Assembly (NCBI GenBank): GCA_050745525.1
Contig: JBOGKL010000312.1
Location: forward strand, 1-33,608
Origin: Terriglobales bacterium
Lineage (GTDB): Bacteria; Acidobacteriota; Terriglobia; Terriglobales; SCQP01
Direction of reading: 5' to 3'
Length of the DNA: 33,608 nt
This document shows, in pieces, positions 18,516 through 26,258 of the stretch. A program made the translations under genes and the position numbers. Below the pieces are notes generated by a model. It searched no databases. It worked only from the letters and a program-made list of their open reading frames with translations, and was not told where the DNA came from. Positions within the stretch are counted from its first letter, which is position 1; each line of letters opens with the position of its first letter.

Positions 18516-20147
18516 ATGCGTGTTTTATTGATCTATCCCAAGCGTGACCCGGAATCCAGAGTCCGCACCCAATTCAGCATGGAGCGGGTGCATGAGCTGG
18601 CGTTCTGGCCCCTGCGCGGCAAAAGCTACGGGTTGCAGTTCAACGGCCTGGAGTCGCTCAGCGCCCTCACCCCGGACTGGGTGGACTTGACCGTCGTCAA
18701 CGAGAACCTGCGCGACATTGACATGGACGCCAACGTGGACATGGTCGCCATCACGGTCATGGTGACCAACGCCACCCGCGCCTATCAGATCGCCGATCAT
18801 TTCCGCAAACGCAACATCAAGGTCGTGCTGGGCGGCTATCACCCCTTCATGATCCCCCACAACAGCCTGGCCCACGCCGACGCCATCTGCATCACCGAGG
18901 GCGAGTATGTCTGGGAGCAGATCCTGAAGGACTGCCGCGACGGCAAGCTGCAACAAATCTACAGCCAGGCGGACAAGACGGATATGTCGCGGGCGCTGCA
19001 TCTGCCCAAGGTGAAGCGCTGGGAGTGGCTGCATCAGGTCTCGCTCACGTTGCAGGCCAGCCGCGGCTGCCCCTTCAGTTGCGATTTCTGCTCCATCGTG
19101 CAGATGCTGGGCCACGACATGCGCTACAAGACCACTGCGCATCTGACGGCCGAACTCGAAGTTTTCTTCAAGCACGACATCCTGGGGCGCGTGTTCTACC
19201 GCCCCATCTTCTTCGTGGACGACAACATCTTCGGCCATCCGCGCACGTTGAAGGAAATACTGCGCGCCATCATCGCCCTGCAGAAGAAGTACCCGCACTA
19301 CCGCGCCGTCTTCGGCTCCCAGATGACCATCAACGTCTTCAAAGACAAGGAGGCGCTGGCGCTGCTCGAGGAGGCCGGCTTCTACAACATCTTCATGGGC
19401 CTGGAGAGCCAGGACCGGGAAACGCTCAAAACCTTCAATAAGCTGCACAACATCGCCTTCAACTACGACGAGGCCATCGCCACCATGCGCGCCCACGGCA
19501 TGGAGGTGATCGCCAGCTTCATCTTCGGCACCGATGGCGATACCGAGGCGTGCTTCGACGCCGCCTACGACTTCTTCGACCGCAACGACGTTCTCTACCC
19601 CTACTTCAACATCCTCACGCCCACGGCCTCGCAGTGGAAGCGCTTCCTGACCGAGGGCCGCATCCTGACGGTCAAGGCCAAGCTCTACGATGCGCACCAC
19701 ACCGTCTTCGTCCCCATGAAGATGACCCCGCGCCAGTTGCAGGAGGGGTTCGTCAAGTTGGTGTCGAAGACCTTCGATTATAAAAACATCGGCAAGCGCA
19801 TGCGCCGCGTCTACGTCGAGGGTCCGCGCCGCCAGGCGCGCCTGTCGCTGCCGCTGCCGATGGAGAAGGCCTTCTACCGCAAGCTGCACTTCACCCTGGG
19901 CTACCAGAACGACCGCGAAGGGCAAGCATTCATGGAGGAACTGAAGCCGCATGTCTGGTCCGGCCTCGTTCCCATGGCTTCCGTCCTGCTGCAGATTGAC
20001 CAGCACGATTGGGCTGTGCGCAACCGCTTCACCCTGGCCGAGCACCGCTACAGCCTGGATGTGCCCGCCTGGCAGGATCGTCCGCGCGAGCAGACCGTCG
20101 CGGCCGGCGAAGGGCTCGCCTCCGACATCGCCGAGCAAGTCCGCTAG
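18516..20147 (+). CDS. B12-binding-domain radical SAM protein (class B; DUF4070-like C-terminus)
   Basis: GGAGGA SD 8 nt before the ATG. N-terminal cobalamin-binding-like domain (MRVLLIYPK...VDMVAITVMV...VVLGGYHP). Radical SAM cluster motif SRGCPFSCDFCS (CxxxCxxC). Confidence 0.85.
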   Translation: MRVLLIYPKRDPESRVRTQFSMERVHELAFWPLRGKSYGLQFNGLESLSALTPDWVDLTVVNENLRDIDMDANVDMVAITVMVTNATRAYQIADHFRKRNIKVVLGGYHPFMIPHNSLAHADAICITEGEYVWEQILKDCRDGKLQQIYSQADKTDMSRALHLPKVKRWEWLHQVSLTLQASRGCPFSCDFCSIVQMLGHDMRYKTTAHLTAELEVFFKHDILGRVFYRPIFFVDDNIFGHPRTLKEILRAIIALQKKYPHYRAVFGSQMTINVFKDKEALALLEEAGFYNIFMGLESQDRETLKTFNKLHNIAFNYDEAIATMRAHGMEVIASFIFGTDGDTEACFDAAYDFFDRNDVLYPYFNILTPTASQWKRFLTEGRILTVKAKLYDAHHTVFVPMKMTPRQLQEGFVKLVSKTFDYKNIGKRMRRVYVEGPRRQARLSLPLPMEKAFYRKLHFTLGYQNDREGQAFMEELKPHVWSGLVPMASVLLQIDQHDWAVRNRFTLAEHRYSLDVPAWQDRPREQTVAAGEGLASDIAEQVR

Positions 20148-20180
20148 ACCATCCCCTACGCTGGCCCTTACACTGGAGGC

Positions 20181-20732
20181 ATGTCCGCCACGCCCTCAAA
20201 AATGGTGCCGCTGGGCACCCTCGCGCCCGACTTTGCCCTGCCCGATGCCGTGAGCGGGGATACGCTGCGCCTCTCCGCGTTTCCACCCGCGCAACCGCTG
20301 CTGGTGATGTTTCTCAGCCGCCATTGCCCTTACGTGCAGCACGTGCAAGCCGAGCTGGCGCGCCTGGGACGCGACTATCACGACCGGGTGGCCATGGTGG
20401 CGATCTCCGCCAATGACGCTGAGGCGTATGCGGACGACGCGCCGCCCCGCTTGCGCGCCATGGCCGAAGAGCAGGGCTTCACCTTCCCCTTCTGCTACGA
20501 CGAAACCCAGGCCACCGCGCGCGCGTACGGCGCCACCTGCACGCCCGACTTCTTTCTCTTCGACGGCAACCGCAAGCTCGCCTATCGCGGCCAGCTAGAC
20601 GCCAGCCGTCCCGGCAACGGCGTGCCCGTCACCGGACGCGACCTCCGCGCCGCGCTCGAGGCCATGATGGCGGGCCGGCCCGTCGAGCCGACGCAGCAGC
20701 CCAGCCTGGGCTGCAACATCAAGTGGAAGTAA
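20181..20732 (+). CDS. thioredoxin-fold protein, PRX-like1/TlpA-like (single active-site Cys)
   Basis: GGAGG SD. APDFALPD...LLVMFLSRHCPYVQH has only the first Cys of the usual CxxC. FLFD and the C-terminal GCNIKWK are also present. Confidence 0.8.
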   Translation: MSATPSKMVPLGTLAPDFALPDAVSGDTLRLSAFPPAQPLLVMFLSRHCPYVQHVQAELARLGRDYHDRVAMVAISANDAEAYADDAPPRLRAMAEEQGFTFPFCYDETQATARAYGATCTPDFFLFDGNRKLAYRGQLDASRPGNGVPVTGRDLRAALEAMMAGRPVEPTQQPSLGCNIKWK

Positions 20733-20733
20733 A

Positions 20734-21087
20734 TTAATTCCCGCCGAAATGATGAGCGAGGTAGGCGACCAGCGCCGGCTTGTTCTGCGGCTCGACTTGC
20801 GCTCCCATCGAGATCATCTCGTCCACGGTGTGCGACCATCCGGCGGCGTCCTGCGGGTGCTGCGTCAGCATGTTGAGCCCGTGGCAACCGCCGCAGCGCG
20901 CCAGCACCAGTTGCCCAATGGCGGCATCCGCTTCCTGCGGCACCGGTGCGCCGGCAATGGTGGCTTGCGCGTCGAACACGGGCCGAGGACCGGCGTTGCT
21001 GAGGGAGACCAACAGCGCCAAGCCAATGGCCAGACCCAGCAGGACAAGGGGAGCTTTTACGGAGGGAGCTTTTACGGCCGACTGCAC
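20734..21087 (-). CDS. small secreted c-type cytochrome
   Basis: Signal-peptide-like N-terminus, haem-binding CGGCHG (CxxCH) and candidate axial Met in DEMISMGA. GTG start with no clear SD, so the start is uncertain. Confidence 0.7.
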   Translation of the reverse strand: MQSAVKAPSVKAPLVLLGLAIGLALLVSLSNAGPRPVFDAQATIAGAPVPQEADAAIGQLVLARCGGCHGLNMLTQHPQDAAGWSHTVDEMISMGAQVEPQNKPALVAYLAHHFGGN

Positions 21088-21099
21088 TCTGCTTTTATT

Positions 21100-21549
21100 T
21101 TAAAACGATTTGCTGAAGCCGATGGTGAAGCGTGCCAGGCCGTGTTCGCCGGCGCGCACCTCGGGCACGATCCAAGCCCCATGGCCGATGGGAAACCGCA
21201 CCCCTCCGCCCGCGATGGCCGATCCGTGCGTGCTCGAGCCCCACTGCGACAGACCCACCCCGCCCAGGATGTACGGGATGAAGGCCTCATCGTCGGGATG
21301 AAAGGCATAGCGAAAAGTTCCATCCAAGGTAAAAAGTCCCGTGTTTCCGCTGCGGCCGAAAGCGGCGCTCGGTACAAAACTCACGTGGCGATTGATCGGA
21401 AAAATGAGCGCGCCACCGGCGGAAAACCCGCTGGGCGAGCCCAGCAGTGCGCCCCCAAACACGTTATAGCGCACCGTCCCTTGCCCCAAAGCCGGCAGAC
21501 ACGCGACGAGCAGGGTCAATGCCGCAATCCAGCCGCAATATTTCCGCAT
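21100..21549 (-). CDS. small outer-membrane beta-barrel protein (OmpW/OMP_b-brl-like)
   Basis: GAGGAGG SD before the ATG at 21549. Signal peptide MRKYCGWIAALTLLVACLPALGQG, alternating beta-strand pattern and C-terminal ...GFSKSF. The track extension to 21804 was rejected. Confidence 0.65.
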   Translation of the reverse strand: MRKYCGWIAALTLLVACLPALGQGTVRYNVFGGALLGSPSGFSAGGALIFPINRHVSFVPSAAFGRSGNTGLFTLDGTFRYAFHPDDEAFIPYILGGVGLSQWGSSTHGSAIAGGGVRFPIGHGAWIVPEVRAGEHGLARFTIGFSKSF

Positions 21550-21602
21550 CCGGATAGTCCTCCTCGCCCGGATACGAGCAACTCTGATGCCAAACTTCGC
21601 GT

Positions 21603-22016
21603 CTACCGATATAACATCCAGTACACAGCCACGCCCGTCACCGACACATACATCCAAATGGGCCAGGTCCAGCGCGCCCACTGCCGGTGGCGCGCGAAGC
21701 GGCTGCGCAGCGCCAGCACCAGCGTGATGACTGCCAGCACCGGCACCGCCGCGGCCAGCACCGAGTGCGTGCCCAGCAGCAAAAAATACCCAATGCGCCG
21801 CCAACCAACTCCGGTGTAATAGACCAGCCCATTATGAAAATGGTCGAGCAAATAGACGGTTAAGAACGCCGCCGAGGTGGCGAAGGCGGAAATCATGAAT
21901 GCCCGATGCGCCCGCACGCGTTTGCGGCGGATGCAAACCAATCCGCACACCAGCAGCACCGCGCTCACCAGGTTGAGTCCGGCAATCCAATTCGGCAGTG
22001 TATGCCAGCCGAACAT
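21603..22016 (-). CDS. DUF420 family membrane protein (CtaM-like)
   Basis: 137 aa with four TM helices, conserved His residues (LLDHFHNG, GTHSVLA) and adjacency to ctaB, typical of DUF420. Confidence 0.72.
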   Translation of the reverse strand: MFGWHTLPNWIAGLNLVSAVLLVCGLVCIRRKRVRAHRAFMISAFATSAAFLTVYLLDHFHNGLVYYTGVGWRRIGYFLLLGTHSVLAAAVPVLAVITLVLALRSRFARHRQWARWTWPIWMYVSVTGVAVYWMLYR

Positions 22017-22026
22017 CGCCTGCGGC

Positions 22027-22986
22027 CTAGGGATGGAACCGCCGGTCGCAGCACATCAGGATCAGCAGCAGCGGCAGGTAGATCACGCTGGCCCGCAACA
22101 GCGCCCGGTAGCTCTTGCGCGTTCGCGCGCGCACGCTGTCCAGGCTCACCCACAGCAGCCCCAGCCCCAACACCAGCGCCCCGGCAAAGTAAACCATTCC
22201 GGTGAGGCCGACGATGCTGGGCAAAAGGCTGACCGGAATCAGCGCCAGCGCGTACAGCAGCACTTGGCGCGAGGTCTCGCTTCCGTTTTCATCCACCACG
22301 GGCAGCATGCGGATTCCCGCCCGTTCGTACTGCTCTTTCTGCAGCCACGCGATGGCCAGAAAATGCGGGAACTGCCAGAGGAACTGAATGCCGAACAGGA
22401 TCCATGCTGCCGCATCGAGCCCGCCCCGCGCCGCCGCCCATCCCATAAGAATCGGACCGGCGCCGGGCAGTGCGCCCACCAGCGTGCTGATCGGAGAATG
22501 AAACTTCAGCGGCGTGTATGCCAGCAGGTAGACAGCGCTGGTCGCCAACCCCCAGTAAGCGCAGGGCCAGTTCACGCCCCAGGCCAGCAGGGCGGCGCCG
22601 GCGGCGATGGTCACGCCGCCAAACAGCGCGGCCGGGGGAGGCTGAATCTTTCCCGCCGGCAACGGGCGGCTCTTCGTGCGCGCCATGAGCGCGTCGGTGC
22701 GCCGCTCCCAGAGCTGGTTCATCGCGGCCGTGCCGCCCGCCAGCAAGGCGGTTCCCACGGCCAGCTTGACGAGCAGGGCCCAACCCAGCGCGCTGTCGGC
22801 ACCGACGTAGCAGGCGGCCACCGCCGTCAGCACCACCAGCAGCGTCACGCGCGGCTTGGTCAGCGCCAGGCAGCTCCCCGCCCACTCGCCCAGCGTTTGC
22901 GCCGCTGCGGCGGAAGAGATCACCGGTTGCGGCCTGGGGCGGGCCGCCCCAAATGACGGCGTGGAGGTATGGTGCAGCTTGGCCAA
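22027..22986 (-). CDS. ctaB: protohaem IX farnesyltransferase (haem O synthase)
   Basis: UbiA-family polytopic protein: LTKPRVTLLVVLT, MNQLWERRTDALMARTKSRPLPAG and FLWQFPHFLAIAW. The track start is a TTG, so the true start is uncertain. Confidence 0.85.
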   Translation of the reverse strand: MAKLHHTSTPSFGAARPRPQPVISSAAAAQTLGEWAGSCLALTKPRVTLLVVLTAVAACYVGADSALGWALLVKLAVGTALLAGGTAAMNQLWERRTDALMARTKSRPLPAGKIQPPPAALFGGVTIAAGAALLAWGVNWPCAYWGLATSAVYLLAYTPLKFHSPISTLVGALPGAGPILMGWAAARGGLDAAAWILFGIQFLWQFPHFLAIAWLQKEQYERAGIRMLPVVDENGSETSRQVLLYALALIPVSLLPSIVGLTGMVYFAGALVLGLGLLWVSLDSVRARTRKSYRALLRASVIYLPLLLILMCCDRRFHP

Positions 22987-22990
22987 AGGT

Positions 22991-23182
22991 CTATTTTCGC
23001 ATGAGCGCGCTCCAGATCAGAGCCGCCAATATCCCTACGGGGATGATCGTCCATATCCACTCGTTGATCAGGCGCCCGCGGCTGGGCCGCGGATGTGCAC
23101 CCAAGTGCAGCAATCGCCAGGCGATCAGCCCCAGCACTCCCAGGCTGCACGCCGCCAGCACGATGAGATAAACCGCCGTCAT
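22991..23182 (-). CDS. 63-aa two-TM protein resembling the N-terminal TM hairpin of cytochrome c oxidase subunit II
   Basis: ATG with GAGG upstream. 4-nt gaps to both neighbours (hemJ-like stop, ctaB start). LINEWIWTIIPVGILAALIWSAL matches the conserved E-x-x-W-T-x-x-P helix 2 of COX2. No cupredoxin domain follows. Confidence 0.5.
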   Translation of the reverse strand: MTAVYLIVLAACSLGVLGLIAWRLLHLGAHPRPSRGRLINEWIWTIIPVGILAALIWSALMRK

Positions 23183-23186
23183 CGCC

Positions 23187-23624
23187 TCAGAACGGCCGCA
23201 CCAGCACCATGATCAGAATCAAAAAAAACAGCAGCGCAATCGAGCCGTGGAGCGCGCGCATCTGCTTCGGCTTCATTTCCTGCTCGGGCATGCGGCGCAC
23301 TCGAACGGTGAGCACGATGTCGCATACGATCAGCAGCAGCACCAGCAGCAGCTTGACGTGCAGCCACGGCGCCATGCGCACCGCCGGGAGCAAGTAGAAC
23401 AAATACAGGCCGGCCAGAATGGTGATTGCGGCGCCGGGATGCGCCAGCGCGCGCATGGCCTTATTCGCCAACTCGGCCCGTTGCGCACGAGCGGACGGCG
23501 TATCGGTACTCCCTCCGCCGGCGCGCGACACCGACAGGGCGTAAAACAGTCCCCCGATCCACATCACGATGCCGGCAACGTGAAACACCAACACCCAGCT
23601 TTCGACGTTAAGCCATGGGTTCAT
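23187..23624 (-). CDS. HemJ-like / CopD-family membrane protein (candidate protoporphyrinogen IX oxidase)
   Basis: ATG at 23624 shares ATGA with the upstream stop. VFHVAGIVMWIGGLFY, WLHVKLLLVLLLIV and RALHGSIALLFFLILIMV align by eye with HemJ (UPF0093) blocks. The track extension to 23759 was rejected. Confidence 0.62.
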   Translation of the reverse strand: MNPWLNVESWVLVFHVAGIVMWIGGLFYALSVSRAGGGSTDTPSARAQRAELANKAMRALAHPGAAITILAGLYLFYLLPAVRMAPWLHVKLLLVLLLIVCDIVLTVRVRRMPEQEMKPKQMRALHGSIALLFFLILIMVLVRPF

Positions 23625-24058
23625 GACGCGTGGTCCTCGCTGCCCGCGCGCAGATATCTGCCATGCACCTTGAGCAGGCAGGTGTCGGCGATGACCAGCA
23701 TCCCCGCTTCCCGCGCCGCAGCTTCGGCCCCGGCATGCACGACCCCTTCCTGCAACCACAGTAGCTTGGCTTTTATCCCGATAGCCGCCTGGGCGACAGC
23801 GGGCACATGCTCGCTGCGGCGGAACACGTCCACAATATCAACCGGCCTCAGCTCGGGCGGAATCGCCTCCAGCGTGGGGTACGCCTTTTCGCCGAGGACT
23901 TCGGTCTCGTGCGGGTTGACTGGAACGATCCGGTAGCCTTGCGCCTGCAGATATCGCGCCACGCCAAAGCTGGGGCGGGCCGGGCTGCTGGAAAGGCCCA
24001 CCACGGCGATGGTCTTGGCCTGGCGCACGCAATCCAGGATTTGCGGGCTCGGTTTCAC
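23621..24058 (-). CDS. CoA-binding domain protein (YccU/YneT-like)
   Basis: AKTIAVVGLSSSPARPSFGVARYLQAQGYRIVPVNP and VDIVDVFRRSEHVP. Confidence 0.8.
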   Translation of the reverse strand: MKPSPQILDCVRQAKTIAVVGLSSSPARPSFGVARYLQAQGYRIVPVNPHETEVLGEKAYPTLEAIPPELRPVDIVDVFRRSEHVPAVAQAAIGIKAKLLWLQEGVVHAGAEAAAREAGMLVIADTCLLKVHGRYLRAGSEDHAS

Positions 24059-24074
24059 CTGCTCTGATTGTAGC

Positions 24075-24215
24075 GTTGATTGGCGCGGGGTTCGGTCGGC
24101 CCGCGGCCGCCCTCAGCCCGCTTGCAGCGGTCTGCGAGGACGCTGCCTGGCCACGCTTGGCCAGGCAGCTCTCCTGGGCGGCCCACGGTGCAAACGGCGA
24201 GCCCCCCGCGCACGG
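24075..24215 (+). repeat. intergenic GC-rich multi-hairpin repeat, family copy B
   Basis: Same three modules and orientation as 12994..13218, but lacking two internal blocks. It lies in the divergent region between the CoA-binding gene and the serine hydrolase gene. Confidence 0.6.
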
Positions 24216-24262
24216 GTTGGGGGCTGTGCTGCTGTGCTATAGTCCGCAATCGGAGGGGAATC

Positions 24263-26257
24263 ATGCTCCCTTACGCGCGCCGTTATTGCCTGGGCCTGAT
24301 CTCTGGCCTGTTGCTCGGCTCTATCCCGCTCTGTGCCCAACGAAAGAAGCCAGCGCCGCCGCCTACCACGGCGAGCCAGCCCGCGATCAAGGCAGCCGAC
24401 CTGGATGCGTTCTTCTCGGGCCTGATGCAAGCCCAAATGGAGCAGAACCACATCGCCGGCGCGGCGCTGTCGGTGGTGCAGAACGGGCAGGTGATTTTCG
24501 AGCACGGCTATGGCTACGCCAACTTGAAGACGCGGCAGCCGGTCTCGGCCGCGGACACGCTGTTCCGCCCCGGTTCCATCTCGAAGCTCTTTACCTGGAC
24601 CGCGGTCATGCAGCTGGTGCAGCAGGGCAAGATCAACCTCGATGCGGACGTAAATCAGTATCTGGACTTTAAAATTCCGGCGACGTTTTCCGGCCCCGTC
24701 ACCATGCGTGATCTCATGACGCATCGGCCGGGATTCGAGGAGGCCAATCGCGGCCTCATTCTCTCGCTCACGCCCTCGCTGGTCATCCCGCCGCTTGGCG
24801 CCGTGGTGCGCGAGCACCTGCCACAGCGGATTTTTCCGGCCGGTTCGATGCCGGCGTACTCCAATTACGGGGCGGCGCTGGCCGGCTACATCGTGCAGCG
24901 GGTCTCGGGCGAACCCTACGCCCGCTACATTGAAACCCACATCCTCGAGCCGCTGGCGATGAACCACAGCAGCTTTCGCCAGCCGTTGCCGCCCTCGCTC
25001 GTGCCCCTCATGGCCGAAAGCTATCGCAGTACGACCGCGCCCGCGCAGCCTTACGAGATCGTCCCCATGGCGCCGGCCGGTGCTCTCGCCACCAGCGCCG
25101 ACGACATGAGCCACTTCATGATTGCCCAGCTTGGCGATGGCTCCTACAACCACAGCGCGCCCATCCTCAGTCCCGCCACGCTGGCCGAAATGCATACGCC
25201 ACAACCGGGACTGCCGGCCGGCATTGACGCCATGGATTTGGGCTTCTACCACGAGGACCGCAACGGTCTGACGATCATCGGTCACGGCGGCGACACCATC
25301 TATTTCCATAGCGATCTGCACCTCATTCCCGCCGCGCATTTCGGCCTGTTTGTGACCTACGACGGCGTGGGCGGGGCCACGGCGCGGACGCTGATGTGGA
25401 GGGCGTTTCTCGATCGCTATTTCCCCTATACGCCCCCGCCCGTCACGGCGCTGCCGAGCGCGGCCGCCGACGCTGCCGCCGTGGCCGGGACCTACATTAC
25501 GACCCGGCGCTCGCAGGGCAACGTGCTCGCCGTGACCGGTCTTTTGGGCGAGATGCACGTGGTCGCCCATCCCGACCACACGTTGAGCCTGGGCAATGCC
25601 AGCTCGGTGAAATTTGCCGAAGTCGGCCCCATGCTGTTCCAAAAGGAGCACGGGCAGACGCGCGTCGCTTTCCGCCGCGACGCAGCCGGCAACTGGGTCA
25701 TGTACCCCTCCCCAATTATCGAGTTCCAGCGCACGCACTGGCTCAACAGCATCGGCTTCAACCGTCCACTGGTGGAGGCGGGACTGGTAATTCTTTTGCT
25801 GACGCTGCTGCTATGGATCGTCGCTCCCTGGGTGCGGCGCCACTTCTGGCGCAAGCTGGCGCTCAGCGCCCGGGCCAAGACCGTGCGCCTATTGGTGCGC
25901 ATCGGCTGCCTCCTCGACGTAATTTTCGCCGCTTCGCTCCTGCTTATTTTTTCCGGCCCGAATCTGCTGAACCACACCGGCCTGATTCATTGCGTTCAGA
26001 TGCTGGGCGTGCTTGGCGTAGCGGCGACCCTCGCCGGCATCTACTATGCGGTCGAGCTGTGGCGCGCACGGCCGGCCGCGGCCGCCGTTGCGGCTGCCGC
26101 CGGTCACGGTGCGGCGCACGTTGCCTCTCCGGTCGAGGCGCGCACTCCCTTCGGATGGCTGGGCCGCCTGAGTTGGACGATCACCGCGCTGGGCATGTGC
26201 GCCTTCGCCTGGTTTGCGCTGTATTGGAGCCTGCTGAACTTTACGACGCGGTTCTGA
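24263..26257 (+). CDS. beta-lactamase-family serine hydrolase with a C-terminal polytopic membrane domain
   Basis: GGAGGGG SD before the ATG at 24263. Signal peptide, SxxK (GSISKLFT), YSN (AYSNYGAAL) and about 4 TM helices in the last ~160 aa. The track extension 24080..24262 lies in the repeat and was rejected. Confidence 0.85.
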   Translation: MLPYARRYCLGLISGLLLGSIPLCAQRKKPAPPPTTASQPAIKAADLDAFFSGLMQAQMEQNHIAGAALSVVQNGQVIFEHGYGYANLKTRQPVSAADTLFRPGSISKLFTWTAVMQLVQQGKINLDADVNQYLDFKIPATFSGPVTMRDLMTHRPGFEEANRGLILSLTPSLVIPPLGAVVREHLPQRIFPAGSMPAYSNYGAALAGYIVQRVSGEPYARYIETHILEPLAMNHSSFRQPLPPSLVPLMAESYRSTTAPAQPYEIVPMAPAGALATSADDMSHFMIAQLGDGSYNHSAPILSPATLAEMHTPQPGLPAGIDAMDLGFYHEDRNGLTIIGHGGDTIYFHSDLHLIPAAHFGLFVTYDGVGGATARTLMWRAFLDRYFPYTPPPVTALPSAAADAAAVAGTYITTRRSQGNVLAVTGLLGEMHVVAHPDHTLSLGNASSVKFAEVGPMLFQKEHGQTRVAFRRDAAGNWVMYPSPIIEFQRTHWLNSIGFNRPLVEAGLVILLLTLLLWIVAPWVRRHFWRKLALSARAKTVRLLVRIGCLLDVIFAASLLLIFSGPNLLNHTGLIHCVQMLGVLGVAATLAGIYYAVELWRARPAAAAVAAAAGHGAAHVASPVEARTPFGWLGRLSWTITALGMCAFAWFALYWSLLNFTTRF

Positions 26258-26258
26258 C

